Of a DNA stretch of 64,000 nt, positions 50,918 to 61,216 are shown piece after piece. Source of the DNA: an uncultured Gemmatimonadales bacterium (GTDB lineage Bacteria > Gemmatimonadota > Gemmatimonadetes > Gemmatimonadales > GWC2-71-9); the NCBI GenBank assembly GCA_963825055.1, contig CAWGSK010000008.1, positions 53,818 to 117,817 on the forward strand, given 5' to 3'. The notes under the pieces are model-generated. The model did no database searches. It was not told the DNA's origin and saw only the letters and a program-made list of their open reading frames with translations. A program made the position numbers and the translations under genes. Every line of letters starts with the position of its first letter. Position 1 is the stretch's first letter.

Positions 50918-51466
50918 CTACATGTGGGTGGTGTCCGGCATGGTCTCCATGTTGTTGCCGTCGTACTGGTTGCCGGTCAGGGCGACGCAGGCCACGATCG
51001 CGCCGGGGTTGTCCCCGCCGTTCTCATGAACCGCGATGACGTGCTGGCCGTCCATCAGCGTGGTCGTGTTGATATCCACGGATGTCGTGCTGCTGCCATT
51101 CTCCCCGCCGGTGTTCCTGACCGGGTCGAGGGTGGCCACGACGGCGCCGACGTTGTCACAGGTCCCGCTGTGTACCATCGCCGCGTGCTCGTGGGTGGTG
51201 CCGGACTTCTCGTCCGACGCGTTCAGGTTGATCGTAATCACCGAGCCATTGCCGCTCGGTGCGGGTGCGACGGCGACGTCGCCGCCGATTCCCGACTCGT
51301 TCAGGCCATTCAGTTCGAAGCTGGCGGGTGCGTTCATCGTCATGTCGGCCGCGGCCGGCGCCGAGTCGGCCGCAATGTCCTCGTGCTGGGCTTCGCGGCC
51401 TTCGCAGGCCAGGACGCCGATGGCGACTGGCAGCAGGGCCAGCGTCAGGTAGTTCCTTGTCTTCAT
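50918..51466 (-). CDS. Lipoprotein with Cu/Zn-SOD-like/CHRD-like His motifs
   Basis: Lipobox 'VLAC'; 'HEHAAMVHSGTC', 'HVIAVH', 'VAC'. Confidence 0.55.
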   Translation of the reverse strand: MKTRNYLTLALLPVAIGVLACEGREAQHEDIAADSAPAAADMTMNAPASFELNGLNESGIGGDVAVAPAPSGNGSVITINLNASDEKSGTTHEHAAMVHSGTCDNVGAVVATLDPVRNTGGENGSSTTSVDINTTTLMDGQHVIAVHENGGDNPGAIVACVALTGNQYDGNNMETMPDTTHM

Positions 51467-51809
51467 TCATTCCTCCTGTCATTTCGTTGGTGCACCGCGG
51501 ATCGACCTCACTCACTGGGCAGGAAAGCGACGATACAGCTCCGGGACTGGTGCGGGTTCGGGGTGCGGGGTGCTCCTGTCATGGGTCCGCTCGAGCGCAT
51601 CGCAAGGCGTCAGTATAGTGACCAGAGTCGGCCTGCTGCTGTGCGCTGCATCACCATACGAGCGTCTCCGCTGAGGGACAGTCCGGGGGTATGAACCTTG
51701 CGAAACCATGCGCCTGGCGCCGTTCCTCTTCGGCCTTGCTGGGCCGTGCCCGCGCATACTGCAACCCGCCCAGCGGAAGTCTGTGAAGCCATGCGGAGTC
51801 TCTGAGACG

Positions 51810-54272
51810 ATGAAGCCAAGCCGGGTGCCTTCTGCGATCCTGATGGTCCTGACGCTGATGACCCTCTCCTGTGGAGGAGGGGAGCAAGCGACCGGGCCCG
51901 CCATCGCCACGACGGGGAGCCTTGCCCTCACGGTGACGGGGCTGCCCGTGGGAACCGCAGCCAGCATCGTACTGAGCGGCCCTGATGGATATGCCTCCCA
52001 GGCCACCGTCTCAGCCACAATTGCCGGGCTTGCCCCAGGCAGCTATACCCTTACATCTCAGAGCGTTACCGGCGGGCTCGACCGGTACGCGCCGAACCTC
52101 ACCACCGCTACGGCCACTGTGACCGCGGGAGTGTCGACCCCGGTCTCGGTGACGTACGGTCTTGCCAGCGGTCGCCTCGGTGTCACGATCACCGGGCTCC
52201 CGGGCGGGACTGCCGCCGGCATCGTGGTGAGCGGACCTTCCGGATTCAGCCAGGCCCTGACGGCCCCGGATACGCTCACCGGTCTCGTGACCGGCGACTA
52301 CACCGTGACGGCGTCCCCGGTTACCTCCGAAGGGGACACGTGGACGCCGACACCGTCCACGAAGAACTACGCCGTCGGGATCGGCACCGTCCCGGTGGCT
52401 GCCTCGGTGACCTACGCCAGGACCACGGCGAACCTGACGGTGAGCATTTCCGGCCTGCCGTCCGGCACCAACGCCGACGTCACGCTTACGGGGCCCGCTG
52501 GTTTCTCGCAGGCCCTCGCCGCTACACAGACCGTTACACAGCTGGTTCCCGGGTCGTATACCGTCGTCGCCGCCCCGGTGACGGCGGCGGCAGGCACGTA
52601 CACCCCCTCGCCTGGCTCGAAGACCGTGGACCTCGCTGCCGGCCAGGATGCCGCGACCTCCGTGGCGTACATCCCGCCTGGAGGCACGAGCCTCAACCTC
52701 GCGATCCCGACCGCGTATCTCGTCCAGAGCGTGCAGCGCCCCGACGGGTCCGTTCCACTGGTGGCCGGGCGTGATGCCTACCTGCGCGTCTTTGCAACGG
52801 CCAATGAGACCAACAGTGCCGCGCCGGCGGTGCGGGTCCGGTTCTATCAGGCCGGGTCGCTGGTCCGGACCGATACGCTCCCGGCGACCCAGGCATCCAC
52901 GTCGCTGGCGGTGCAGGAGGGAACCCTGGTGTCGAGCTGGAACCTCCTCGTGCCCGGGGCGCTGGTGCAGCCCGGCCTCTCCGTGCTGGCGGACGTCGAT
53001 CCCGCGGACCTGGTGGATGAGTCGGACCCCAACGACAATGCCTGGCCCGCCAACGGCCAGCCACAGGCGCTGGACGTCCGGACGATGCCTGCGCTCAACA
53101 TCACGTTCGTGAAGGTCGTCCAGAACGACGGCTCGAGCGGCAACATCACGTCCGGGAACGCGTCGCAATTCATCGCGGACATCCGGCGGATGTGGCCGGT
53201 CCAGACCATCAACACCACCATCGGCCCGGCCTACAGTTTCACCGATTCGCTCCTGCAGTCGAACGATGCAAACGGAAGCTGGGGCAAGCTGCTCAGCGAG
53301 CTGCAGGCATATCGCGCCAGCCTGACCAACCCCGCCTACGTGTATGGCGTGGTGCATACCAGCTATACCTCGGGCATCGCGGGCCTTGGGTACGTGCCGA
53401 GCTCGCCTGGGAGTTCGTACAAGACGGCAGTCGGCTGGGATTACCTGCCCTCAGGTACAGGCGTGTTCGCGCATGAGATCGGGCACAATTTCGGACGGCA
53501 GCATGCTCCGTGCGGCGGGGTGGCCAGTCCGGATCCATCCTACCCGTACGCCGGCGGCTCCATCGGCATGTACGGCATGGACGTCGCTGCGGGCACAGTG
53601 AAGTCGCCCAGCACGCACAAGGACCTGATGGGCTACTGCAATCCCGCCTGGGTCAGTGACTACAACTACATGGCCGTCATGAACTACCGGCTCGCCAGCT
53701 CGCTCGGCGCACCGCCGGCTGCGGGCACCGCCGTGGATGGGGTGCTGGTCTGGGGCCGAATGATGGATGATTCCCTGGTCCTCGAGCCGGCTTTTGCGGT
53801 TCGCGCGCCCATCCAGCTTCCCGGTGGCAGCGGTCCCTACCGGATCGAGGGCATCGGCGGGTCGGGCCAGACGGCATTCAGCTACGCCTTCGACGCGCCG
53901 GAAGTGGCCGACCTGCCCGGCAGCCAGCGCCATTTTGCCTTCGTGATTCCCGCGTCGCAGGCTGCGAACCTTTCGGCGTTGCGCCTGAGCACGCCGTGGG
54001 GTTCTGTCCAGCGCACCCGTCCTACCGGAGCCCGGGCGACGGTCGCCGGGACTCCCCCGGCGGCCCAGGCCGCCCGCGCGACCGGCGGGCGTGCCCGCCT
54101 CAAGTGGGATGCGCAGCGGTCGCCGGTCGTGCTCGTGCGCGACGCCACCACGGGTGCCATTCTCTCCTTCGCCCGCGGCGGCGACGCGGTGATCGAGACT
54201 GGCGCCAGCCGGCTGACCGTCCAGTTCTCCGACGGGCTATCCTCCGAGGAGACCGAGATTCCAGTGCGCTAG
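51810..54272 (+). CDS. Lipoprotein zinc metalloprotease (M66-like) with three N-terminal Ig-like repeats
   Basis: 'LSCGG' lipobox; three copies of 'L.VT.TGLP.GT.A...SGP.G...GL..G.YT'; 'HEIGHNFGRQHAPCG', Met-turn 'DLMGYC'. Confidence 0.78.
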   Translation: MKPSRVPSAILMVLTLMTLSCGGGEQATGPAIATTGSLALTVTGLPVGTAASIVLSGPDGYASQATVSATIAGLAPGSYTLTSQSVTGGLDRYAPNLTTATATVTAGVSTPVSVTYGLASGRLGVTITGLPGGTAAGIVVSGPSGFSQALTAPDTLTGLVTGDYTVTASPVTSEGDTWTPTPSTKNYAVGIGTVPVAASVTYARTTANLTVSISGLPSGTNADVTLTGPAGFSQALAATQTVTQLVPGSYTVVAAPVTAAAGTYTPSPGSKTVDLAAGQDAATSVAYIPPGGTSLNLAIPTAYLVQSVQRPDGSVPLVAGRDAYLRVFATANETNSAAPAVRVRFYQAGSLVRTDTLPATQASTSLAVQEGTLVSSWNLLVPGALVQPGLSVLADVDPADLVDESDPNDNAWPANGQPQALDVRTMPALNITFVKVVQNDGSSGNITSGNASQFIADIRRMWPVQTINTTIGPAYSFTDSLLQSNDANGSWGKLLSELQAYRASLTNPAYVYGVVHTSYTSGIAGLGYVPSSPGSSYKTAVGWDYLPSGTGVFAHEIGHNFGRQHAPCGGVASPDPSYPYAGGSIGMYGMDVAAGTVKSPSTHKDLMGYCNPAWVSDYNYMAVMNYRLASSLGAPPAAGTAVDGVLVWGRMMDDSLVLEPAFAVRAPIQLPGGSGPYRIEGIGGSGQTAFSYAFDAPEVADLPGSQRHFAFVIPASQAANLSALRLSTPWGSVQRTRPTGARATVAGTPPAAQAARATGGRARLKWDAQRSPVVLVRDATTGAILSFARGGDAVIETGASRLTVQFSDGLSSEETEIPVR

Positions 54273-54337
54273 GGCCGTCGCGCACCTCCGGCGGCCGTTG
54301 TACCATTCCTCCGGATCCCCTTCCCCCGGAGGAACTG

Positions 54338-56803
54338 ATGCGCTGGCGCTCCCTCGTCGCAACGCTCCTGCTCTCCAGCCTGGCCGCCGCGTGCGCGGGC
54401 GGCCCGTCGCGCACGACGACACCGGGGCCTGCACCGGCCTTCCCGTCCATTGCCACCCACACTGCGGGCATGGCCCCGCTGGACGGGTTTGTTCCCATGT
54501 ACTGGGACAGTGTCGCCGGTAAGCTGTGGCTGGAGCTGCCCGCGCCAGGGCAGGACTTCCTCTATATGAGCGCGCTGGTCACCGGCCTTGGCTCCAACGA
54601 CATCGGGCTGGACCGGAGTCAGGTCGGCGACGCCCGCGTCGTACACGTCGAGCGCGCGGGACCCCGCGTCCTCCTGGTGCAGGCGAACCAGGAGTACCGG
54701 GCAGTGAGTGACAATCCCGACGAGCGCCGGGCCGTGGAGGAGTCGTTCGCCCGCTCGGTGCTGTGGGGATTTCCGGTCGCCGCCGAGTCTGCCGGCCGTG
54801 TGCTGGTGGACGGAACCGACTTCCTCCTGCGCGATGTCCATGACGTCAGCGGCACACTGAAGCGCGCGCGGCAGGGGGAGTACCGCCTCGATGCGTCCCG
54901 CAGTGCCTTCTACCTGCCCCGAACGAAGGGGTTTCCCCTGAATTCGGAAGTGGAGGTGACCCTGACCTTCACCGGAAACCAGCCAGGCCGATGGGTGCGG
55001 GACGTGGCCCCCGATCCCGAGGCGCTGACGGTCCGGGAGCGGCATTCGTTCATCGCGTTGCCCGACACCGGATACATGACGCGACGGAGCCTTCCTGGCG
55101 CCGGTTACTTCGCCATCAGTTACGCGGACTACGCCGCCCCGCTCGGGGCGCCCATGCAGCAGCGCTTCATCGCCCGGCACCGTCTCCAGAAGCAGGACCC
55201 GACCGCGCCGATGAGCGACCCGGTAAAACCCATCATCTACTATCTCGACCGCGGCGTGCCCGAACCGATGCGGTCCGCTCTGCTGGACGGCGCGCGCTGG
55301 TGGAACGAGGCGTTCACCGCCCTTGGCTACCGCAACGCGTTCCGGGTGGAACTCCTTCCCGAGGGCGCGGACCCCATGGACGTCCGGTACAACGTCATCC
55401 AGTGGGTCCATCGCGCCACCCGGGGGTGGAGCTACGGCAGTTCCGTGATCGACCCGCGCACCGGCGAGATTCTCAAGGGGCACGTCCTGCTGGGATCGTT
55501 GCGGGTTCGCCAGGACTACCTCCTGGCGGAAGGCCTCCTGAGCCCATACGAGACGGGGAGTGAAACGTCCGTCGAGGCGCGGCAACTGGCCCTTGCCCGG
55601 CTCCGCCAACTCGCGGCGCACGAGGTGGGGCATACGCTTGGCCTGGCGCACAACTACGTCGCCAGCACCGAAGGTCGCGCTTCGGTGATGGATTACCCCC
55701 AACCCCTGGTGACACTCGCCCCCGACGGAAGCATTGACGTCTCGAACGCCTACGCGACCGGGCTCGGCGGATGGGACTCGGTGGCGATCGCGTACGGATA
55801 CGACGATTTTCCGCCCGGCACCGACCGCGACTCCGCATTGTCCGCCCTCCTCGCAACGGCGCGTGACCGCGGCCTCACCTTCCTGACCGACCAGGACGCC
55901 CGGCCGACCGGCAGCGTGCACCCGCGCGCACACCTCTGGGACAACGGCACCGACCCGGTGGCCGAGCTCAGGCGCGTGATGGCGGTGCGACAGCGCGCAC
56001 TGGCCCGCCTGGGGGAGCGGAGCCTCCGGGCCGGGACCCCGCTCGCCGAGCTCGAGGAAGTGCTGGTACCGGTCTACCTGTACCACCGGTACCAGGTGGA
56101 AGCGGCGGCCAAGGTGGTGGGCGGTGAGTACTACACGTATGCCGCTCGCGGAGATGGGCAGGTGCCGGTACTGGCCGTGCCGCGCGGCCAGCAGGAGGGG
56201 GCGGTCGAGGCGCTGCTCGAAACGCTCGATCCGGTCGCCCTGGCACTGCCGGACACGCTGCTCCGGCTGATCCCTCCTCGGCCGTATACCTACCCGCTGC
56301 ATCGCGAGCTGTTCGACCGGTGGAGTGGCCTCGCCTTCGACCCGCTGGCGCCGGCCGTGAGCGCCGCCGATCTCACGGTCGGGCTGCTGCTGGATCCGGT
56401 CCGTGCGGCACGTCTCGTGGAACAGCACGCCCTGGATGCGGACCTGCCCGGACTCGCCGAAGTCACGGACCAGCTCGTGACTGCCACGTTCGACCGGGCG
56501 GTGCGCGGCTCTTACGAGTCGGCCATCGCGCGGGGAGTGGAGCGGGTCGTCGTGGACCACCTGCTCGACCTGGCCGGTACGGCGGCCATGCCTGATGTTC
56601 GCGCCGTGGCGCGCTGGCAGCTCGAGCGGCTGAGCGCGCGGCTGGCCACCGGGCGTGGTGACACCTCGCCCGAGGCGCGGGCACACCGGGCGCTGCTGGC
56701 CGCGGACATCATCGCCTTCCTCGACCGGCCCTGGCCCCGGACGGACGAGCCGACTGCGCCCGAACTGCCCCCTGGCAGCCCCATCGGTGCCGCCGAGCGC
56801 TGA
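54338..56803 (+). CDS. Zinc-dependent metalloprotease (DUF5117/DUF4953 type)
   Basis: 'HEVGHTLGLAHN', 'SVMDY', 'DPRTGEI', 'KPIIYYLD'; lipobox; RBS GGAGG. Confidence 0.88.
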   Translation: MRWRSLVATLLLSSLAAACAGGPSRTTTPGPAPAFPSIATHTAGMAPLDGFVPMYWDSVAGKLWLELPAPGQDFLYMSALVTGLGSNDIGLDRSQVGDARVVHVERAGPRVLLVQANQEYRAVSDNPDERRAVEESFARSVLWGFPVAAESAGRVLVDGTDFLLRDVHDVSGTLKRARQGEYRLDASRSAFYLPRTKGFPLNSEVEVTLTFTGNQPGRWVRDVAPDPEALTVRERHSFIALPDTGYMTRRSLPGAGYFAISYADYAAPLGAPMQQRFIARHRLQKQDPTAPMSDPVKPIIYYLDRGVPEPMRSALLDGARWWNEAFTALGYRNAFRVELLPEGADPMDVRYNVIQWVHRATRGWSYGSSVIDPRTGEILKGHVLLGSLRVRQDYLLAEGLLSPYETGSETSVEARQLALARLRQLAAHEVGHTLGLAHNYVASTEGRASVMDYPQPLVTLAPDGSIDVSNAYATGLGGWDSVAIAYGYDDFPPGTDRDSALSALLATARDRGLTFLTDQDARPTGSVHPRAHLWDNGTDPVAELRRVMAVRQRALARLGERSLRAGTPLAELEEVLVPVYLYHRYQVEAAAKVVGGEYYTYAARGDGQVPVLAVPRGQQEGAVEALLETLDPVALALPDTLLRLIPPRPYTYPLHRELFDRWSGLAFDPLAPAVSAADLTVGLLLDPVRAARLVEQHALDADLPGLAEVTDQLVTATFDRAVRGSYESAIARGVERVVVDHLLDLAGTAAMPDVRAVARWQLERLSARLATGRGDTSPEARAHRALLAADIIAFLDRPWPRTDEPTAPELPPGSPIGAAER

Positions 56804-56806
56804 GCG

Positions 56807-57283
56807 ATGCCGGAGGACGGGCGTCCGGCCGTGCTCCGGGTCATCTCTGGCGGCCAGACCGGCGTGGACCGCGCGGCGCTGGACGTGGCGCTGGCGCTGG
56901 GCATCCCGGCCGGCGGGTGGTGCCCGGCCGGTCGCGAGGCGGAGGACGGCCCCATTCCCGATCGCTATCCGCTCCGCGAGACGACGAGTGCGGATCCGGC
57001 CGTCCGCACCGCCAGGAACGTGCTCGAGGCCGATCTCACCCTGATCATCGCCCCACATCCCCTGTTCGGGGGAACTGCCCTGGCGGCCAGGATTGCCGGG
57101 GATGAGGGCCGACATCTCGTGCTGCTCGATCCGGGAATACCGGACGTGGTCGCCGCGCGCCGGATCCTCTCCGCGGCCGGCCCGGTGACCGTGAACGTCG
57201 CCGGCCCGCGCGAGAGCGAGCGCCCCGGCATCGGGCGGCGGGCCGCCCGCCTTCTGCTTGTCCTCCTCACCGGGGGAACCTGA
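56807..57283 (+). CDS. Putative molybdenum carrier / SLOG-family protein
   Basis: 'ISGGQTGVDRAALD', 'GGWCP.GR.AEDG', 'RT..NV', 'NVAGPRES'. Confidence 0.8.
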   Translation: MPEDGRPAVLRVISGGQTGVDRAALDVALALGIPAGGWCPAGREAEDGPIPDRYPLRETTSADPAVRTARNVLEADLTLIIAPHPLFGGTALAARIAGDEGRHLVLLDPGIPDVVAARRILSAAGPVTVNVAGPRESERPGIGRRAARLLLVLLTGGT

Positions 57284-57348
57284 CCCTCTCCCGAGCCGGT
57301 TACCTTGCAGGAACCAGCGTTGTGGAACGACACCGGGAGGGGAGGGGC

Positions 57349-59199
57349 GTGGAACCGGCGATCGGAGATTACGGAATCATCGGCGACTGTCGCAGCGCCG
57401 CCCTCATTTCCCGGGACGGGTCGCTGGACTGGTTGTGCTGGCCGCGGTTCGACAGCCCATCCCTCTTCGCCGCGCTGCTTGACCGGGAGCGCGGGGGTGC
57501 CTTCGTGGTCCGGCCCTCGGCTCCAGCGGAAACCACCCGGCGCTATCTCGGTCCCACCAACGTCCTCGAGACCATCCACCGCACCGCCGACGGCGTGCTT
57601 CGCGTGCGTGACCTCATGCCGGCGACGAGCGAGCGCGAGAAGGCCCGCGACCTGTGGCCTGACCACCAGGTCATGCGGGCGATCGAGTGCGTCGAAGGGG
57701 AAGTCCTGGTGGAGGTGCATTGTGACCCGCGCCCGGATTACGGCCGTGAGGTGCCCGCGTGGCGACCCCGGGGCCAGTACGGCTTCGCCAGCGCCAACCA
57801 CGCGGGAACGATCTTCGTCGCGGGCGACGTCCCGTTCCTTCCCGGGGAGGCGCCCGGCCTCCACGCCAGCATCACCCTCCGCCAGGGCGAATGCCGCTAC
57901 GCCTCCATCCTCTACAGCCAGGGTGAGGCCGCGACGATGCCCGCCATCGGTGAGGGGGCGGAGCGCCGGATCACACTCACGCTGGACTGGTGGACGCGCT
58001 GGGCTGAACGGTGCAAGTATGAGGGCCCCTGGCGGGACGAGGTGGTTCGGAGCGCGCTTGTGCTCAAGCTGCTCACCTTCGCGCCGTCCGGCGCGGTGAT
58101 TGCCGCCCCCACGACCTCGCTGCCCGAGCACATCGGCGGCTCGCGCAACTGGGATTACCGTTACTGCTGGCTCCGTGACGCGTCCCTTACGCTCCAGGCC
58201 CTGTTCGACCTGGGGTACGACCGCGAGGCCAGCGCCTACATGAGCTGGCTGCTGCACAGTACGCGCCTGACGCGACCGGAGCTGGGAATCCTGTACGATG
58301 TCTACGGTGGGGAGCCGCCCTCGGAGGCCACGCTCGACCACCTGCGCGGGTATGCCGGTTCCCGCCCGGTGCGGGTGGGCAACAGTGCCAAGGACCAGTT
58401 GCAGCTGGATGTGTACGGGGAAGTGGTGGATGCCCTGTACGAATACGTCCAGCGCGGGGGCACGTTCGACCGCAGCACGGCGAAGATGGTGACGGGCTTC
58501 GGGGATGTGGCGTGCGCGAAGTGGTGCGAGGCGGACAACGGCATCTGGGAAATCCGGAGCGACCTCCGGCACCACACGCATTCGCGCGTCATGTGCTGGG
58601 TCGCGCTGGACCGCCTGATCCGGATGCACGAGGAAGGGCACGTGGACATTCCGCTGGAGAAATTCCGGCGCAACCGCGACGCCATCGTCCAGGAGGTGGA
58701 AGAGCGCGGCTGGAACGCGGAACTGGGCAGCTACGTGAGTGCCCTGGACGGCAGCGACCTGGATGCTGTCCTCCTGCGCCTCGGACGGTTCGGGTATGCC
58801 GATCCCTGCTCCGAACGCATGCGCGGCACGTGCCGTGTCATTCACGAGAAGCTCGGCACCGGGCCGCTGCTGTATCGATACCGGGGCCAGGAGGACGGCC
58901 TGCCACCGGGTGAGGGAGCATTCGGCATCTGCAGCTTCTGGGGTGTCACGGCGCAGGCGCTCGAGGGCGACGTGGATGGCGCAGGCGAGCGGCTCGACCG
59001 CCTGCTGGCCTATGGGAATGACCTGGGGCTCTTTTCGGAGGAAGTCGATCCCGAGAGCGGCATGGCGCTGGGCAACTTCCCCCAGGCCTTCACGCATGTC
59101 GGCCTCATCGACGCGGTTCTCTCCATCCAGCAGGCCAGGGAAGGCCGGGAGAAGCGGCGCAAGGAAGGCCGGGCCCGGACCGAAAAGGAGGAACTGTGA
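57349..59199 (+). CDS. Glycoside hydrolase family 15 (trehalase/glucoamylase-like)
   Basis: 'IGDYGIIGD', 'AAPTTSLPE..GG.RNWDYRYCWLRD', 'QLDVYGE', 'GIWE', 'GNFPQAFTH'. Confidence 0.92.
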   Translation: MEPAIGDYGIIGDCRSAALISRDGSLDWLCWPRFDSPSLFAALLDRERGGAFVVRPSAPAETTRRYLGPTNVLETIHRTADGVLRVRDLMPATSEREKARDLWPDHQVMRAIECVEGEVLVEVHCDPRPDYGREVPAWRPRGQYGFASANHAGTIFVAGDVPFLPGEAPGLHASITLRQGECRYASILYSQGEAATMPAIGEGAERRITLTLDWWTRWAERCKYEGPWRDEVVRSALVLKLLTFAPSGAVIAAPTTSLPEHIGGSRNWDYRYCWLRDASLTLQALFDLGYDREASAYMSWLLHSTRLTRPELGILYDVYGGEPPSEATLDHLRGYAGSRPVRVGNSAKDQLQLDVYGEVVDALYEYVQRGGTFDRSTAKMVTGFGDVACAKWCEADNGIWEIRSDLRHHTHSRVMCWVALDRLIRMHEEGHVDIPLEKFRRNRDAIVQEVEERGWNAELGSYVSALDGSDLDAVLLRLGRFGYADPCSERMRGTCRVIHEKLGTGPLLYRYRGQEDGLPPGEGAFGICSFWGVTAQALEGDVDGAGERLDRLLAYGNDLGLFSEEVDPESGMALGNFPQAFTHVGLIDAVLSIQQAREGREKRRKEGRARTEKEEL

Positions 59200-59675
59200 A
59201 CATCCCGAGCATCCTGCTGTGGGGATTCCTGGCCACGCTGGTGCTGTCCACGATCATGTCCGGCGCCCAGGGGCTCGGTCTCTCGCGCATGAGCGAGCCG
59301 TACATGATCGGCACGATGTTCACCACCAACCGCCGGCGGGCCTGGATGGCCGGGTTCGGGCTCCATCTCCTGAACGGCTGGTTGTTCGCGTGTATCTACG
59401 CGCTCGTCTTCGAGACGCTCCACCGGGCCACCTGGTGGGGCGGGCTGCTCCTGGGGGTCCTCCACGGGACGGTGGTGCTCGTCGTCTTCATGCCGATGAT
59501 GCCCCATTTCCATCCGCGCATGGCGGATGACCGGCAGGGGCCGGAGCCGACGTGGGAACTCGAGCCACCCGGCTTTCTGGCACTCAACTATGGCCGGAGG
59601 ACCCCCCTTATCGCGATGCTGGCGCACTCCCTGTACGGGCTGGTGCTGGGCGCCTTCTACCAGGTCCGGCCCTGA
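59196..59675 (+). CDS. Small membrane protein
   Basis: Four hydrophobic segments; start overlaps the GH15 stop. Confidence 0.7.
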   Translation: MNIPSILLWGFLATLVLSTIMSGAQGLGLSRMSEPYMIGTMFTTNRRRAWMAGFGLHLLNGWLFACIYALVFETLHRATWWGGLLLGVLHGTVVLVVFMPMMPHFHPRMADDRQGPEPTWELEPPGFLALNYGRRTPLIAMLAHSLYGLVLGAFYQVRP

Positions 59676-59695
59676 ACCGGACAGATCGAGGAACC

Positions 59696-61216
59696 ATGGA
59701 CCACGTCATCAAGGCCGAACGCGCGGGCATCCGCAGTGATGTTCGGCCCGACCCCTGCATCGTCGTCATCTTCGGCGCGTCGGGCGACCTGACCCGGCGC
59801 GAGTTGATTCCCGCGCTCTACGAACTGGCCCGGCAGGGGCTGCTGCCGGCGCCGTTCGCGGTGGTCGGCGCCGCCCGGACCGCGTTCAGTGACGACGAGT
59901 TCCGGGCCAGCATGCGCGCCGCGGTCGACGAAGAATGCACGTTCGACGAGGACACCTGGACCGCCTTCGCAGCGTCCCTCTCCTACTGCACGCTGGACTT
60001 CACAAGCCCCCCGGAGAGGGACTACGCCGCCCTGCGGAGCCACCTCGCCCGGCTGCGGGAATCCCGAGCCATCCCGGACAACGTGCTCTACCACCTGGCC
60101 GTTCCCCCGTCCTTCTTCGGCCAGATTGTCGCCAGCCTCGATACCGTGGGACTCGCCAGAAGCACGGAGGGGTGGCGCCGGGTGGTGGTGGAGAAACCCT
60201 TCGGGACCAACCGGGAGAGCGCCCGCCGCCTGGACGCGGACATCCGGAAGGCCTTCGACGAGGAGCAGGTGTACCGGATTGACCATTTCCTGGGGAAGGA
60301 AACGGTGCAGAACATGCTGGTCACGCGCTTCGCGAACGCCAGCCTCGAACCGGTCTGGAACCGGAACTACATCGACCACGTGCAGGTCACCGTCGCCGAG
60401 GACATCGGCATCGGCACCCGGGCCGGCTTCTACGAGAAGACCGGTGTGGTGCGCGACATGCTGCAGAACCACCTGCTGCAGTTGCTCTGCATGGTGGCGA
60501 TCGAACCGCCCGGGCGCTTCGATGCGCCGTCGCTGCGGAACGAGACCGTGAAGGTGCTGCAGGCCTCGGAGCCCATCGCCTTGCCGGACGGCGCGGTCCA
60601 GGGGCAGTACGGGCCCGGTACCATAGAGGGCTCGTCGGTGCCCGGTTACCGCCAGGAGGCAGGCGTGGCGCCCGACTCGATGACGGCGACCTTCGCGGCA
60701 CTCACCGTCATGATCAACAACTGGCGGTGGGCCGGTGTGCCGTTTTACCTGCGGAGCGGCAAGCGCCTCGCGCGGAAGCTCACCGAGGTGGTCATCCAGT
60801 TCAAGCCGACACCCCACATGATGTTTCCCCTCCCGAAGGGAAAGCGCCTCGCCAACGTGCTGGCGTTCCGCCTCCAGCCCGAGGAGGGAATCCTCCAGAC
60901 CTTCCATGCCAAGCAGCCCGGGCCCACCCTGACGCTCACGCCGGTCACGATGGGCTTCAACTACGCCCAGGCTTTCGGCATCGACGAACCTCCGCGGGCC
61001 TATGCCTGGCTCCTGCTCGACGCGATGGAGGGAGACCAGACCCTCTTCGCACGTGCCGACTGGATTGACGAGGCCTGGCGGCTCATGGATCCGGTGATCG
61101 AGCACTTCGCGTCACATCCACCCGCGGAGCTGCCCGACTACGCCGCGGGGTCATGGGGGCCCGCGGCGGCCGATGCCCTCCTGGCGCGCAGCGGACGGCA
61201 GTGGCTGACGCTGTGA
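59696..61216 (+). CDS. zwf: Glucose-6-phosphate dehydrogenase
   Basis: 'GASGDL', 'EKPFG', 'RIDHFLGKE', 'RDMLQNH', 'RWAGVPFYLRSGK'. Confidence 0.96.
   Translation: MDHVIKAERAGIRSDVRPDPCIVVIFGASGDLTRRELIPALYELARQGLLPAPFAVVGAARTAFSDDEFRASMRAAVDEECTFDEDTWTAFAASLSYCTLDFTSPPERDYAALRSHLARLRESRAIPDNVLYHLAVPPSFFGQIVASLDTVGLARSTEGWRRVVVEKPFGTNRESARRLDADIRKAFDEEQVYRIDHFLGKETVQNMLVTRFANASLEPVWNRNYIDHVQVTVAEDIGIGTRAGFYEKTGVVRDMLQNHLLQLLCMVAIEPPGRFDAPSLRNETVKVLQASEPIALPDGAVQGQYGPGTIEGSSVPGYRQEAGVAPDSMTATFAALTVMINNWRWAGVPFYLRSGKRLARKLTEVVIQFKPTPHMMFPLPKGKRLANVLAFRLQPEEGILQTFHAKQPGPTLTLTPVTMGFNYAQAFGIDEPPRAYAWLLLDAMEGDQTLFARADWIDEAWRLMDPVIEHFASHPPAELPDYAAGSWGPAAADALLARSGRQWLTL

Noticed and set aside
29571..51500. 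tRNA-integrated genomic island or prophage
   Set aside because: No integrase, phage genes or att direct repeat seen; only a shift in gene content.
51470..51800. Riboswitch in the long divergent intergenic region
   Set aside because: No conserved aptamer motif could be recognised by eye.
54269..57115. Long antisense ORFs (948 aa here; also 18360-20333, 26776-29091, 41521-43707, 56965-59097)
   Set aside because: Typical stop-poor shadow frames opposite well-recognised genes in GC-rich DNA.
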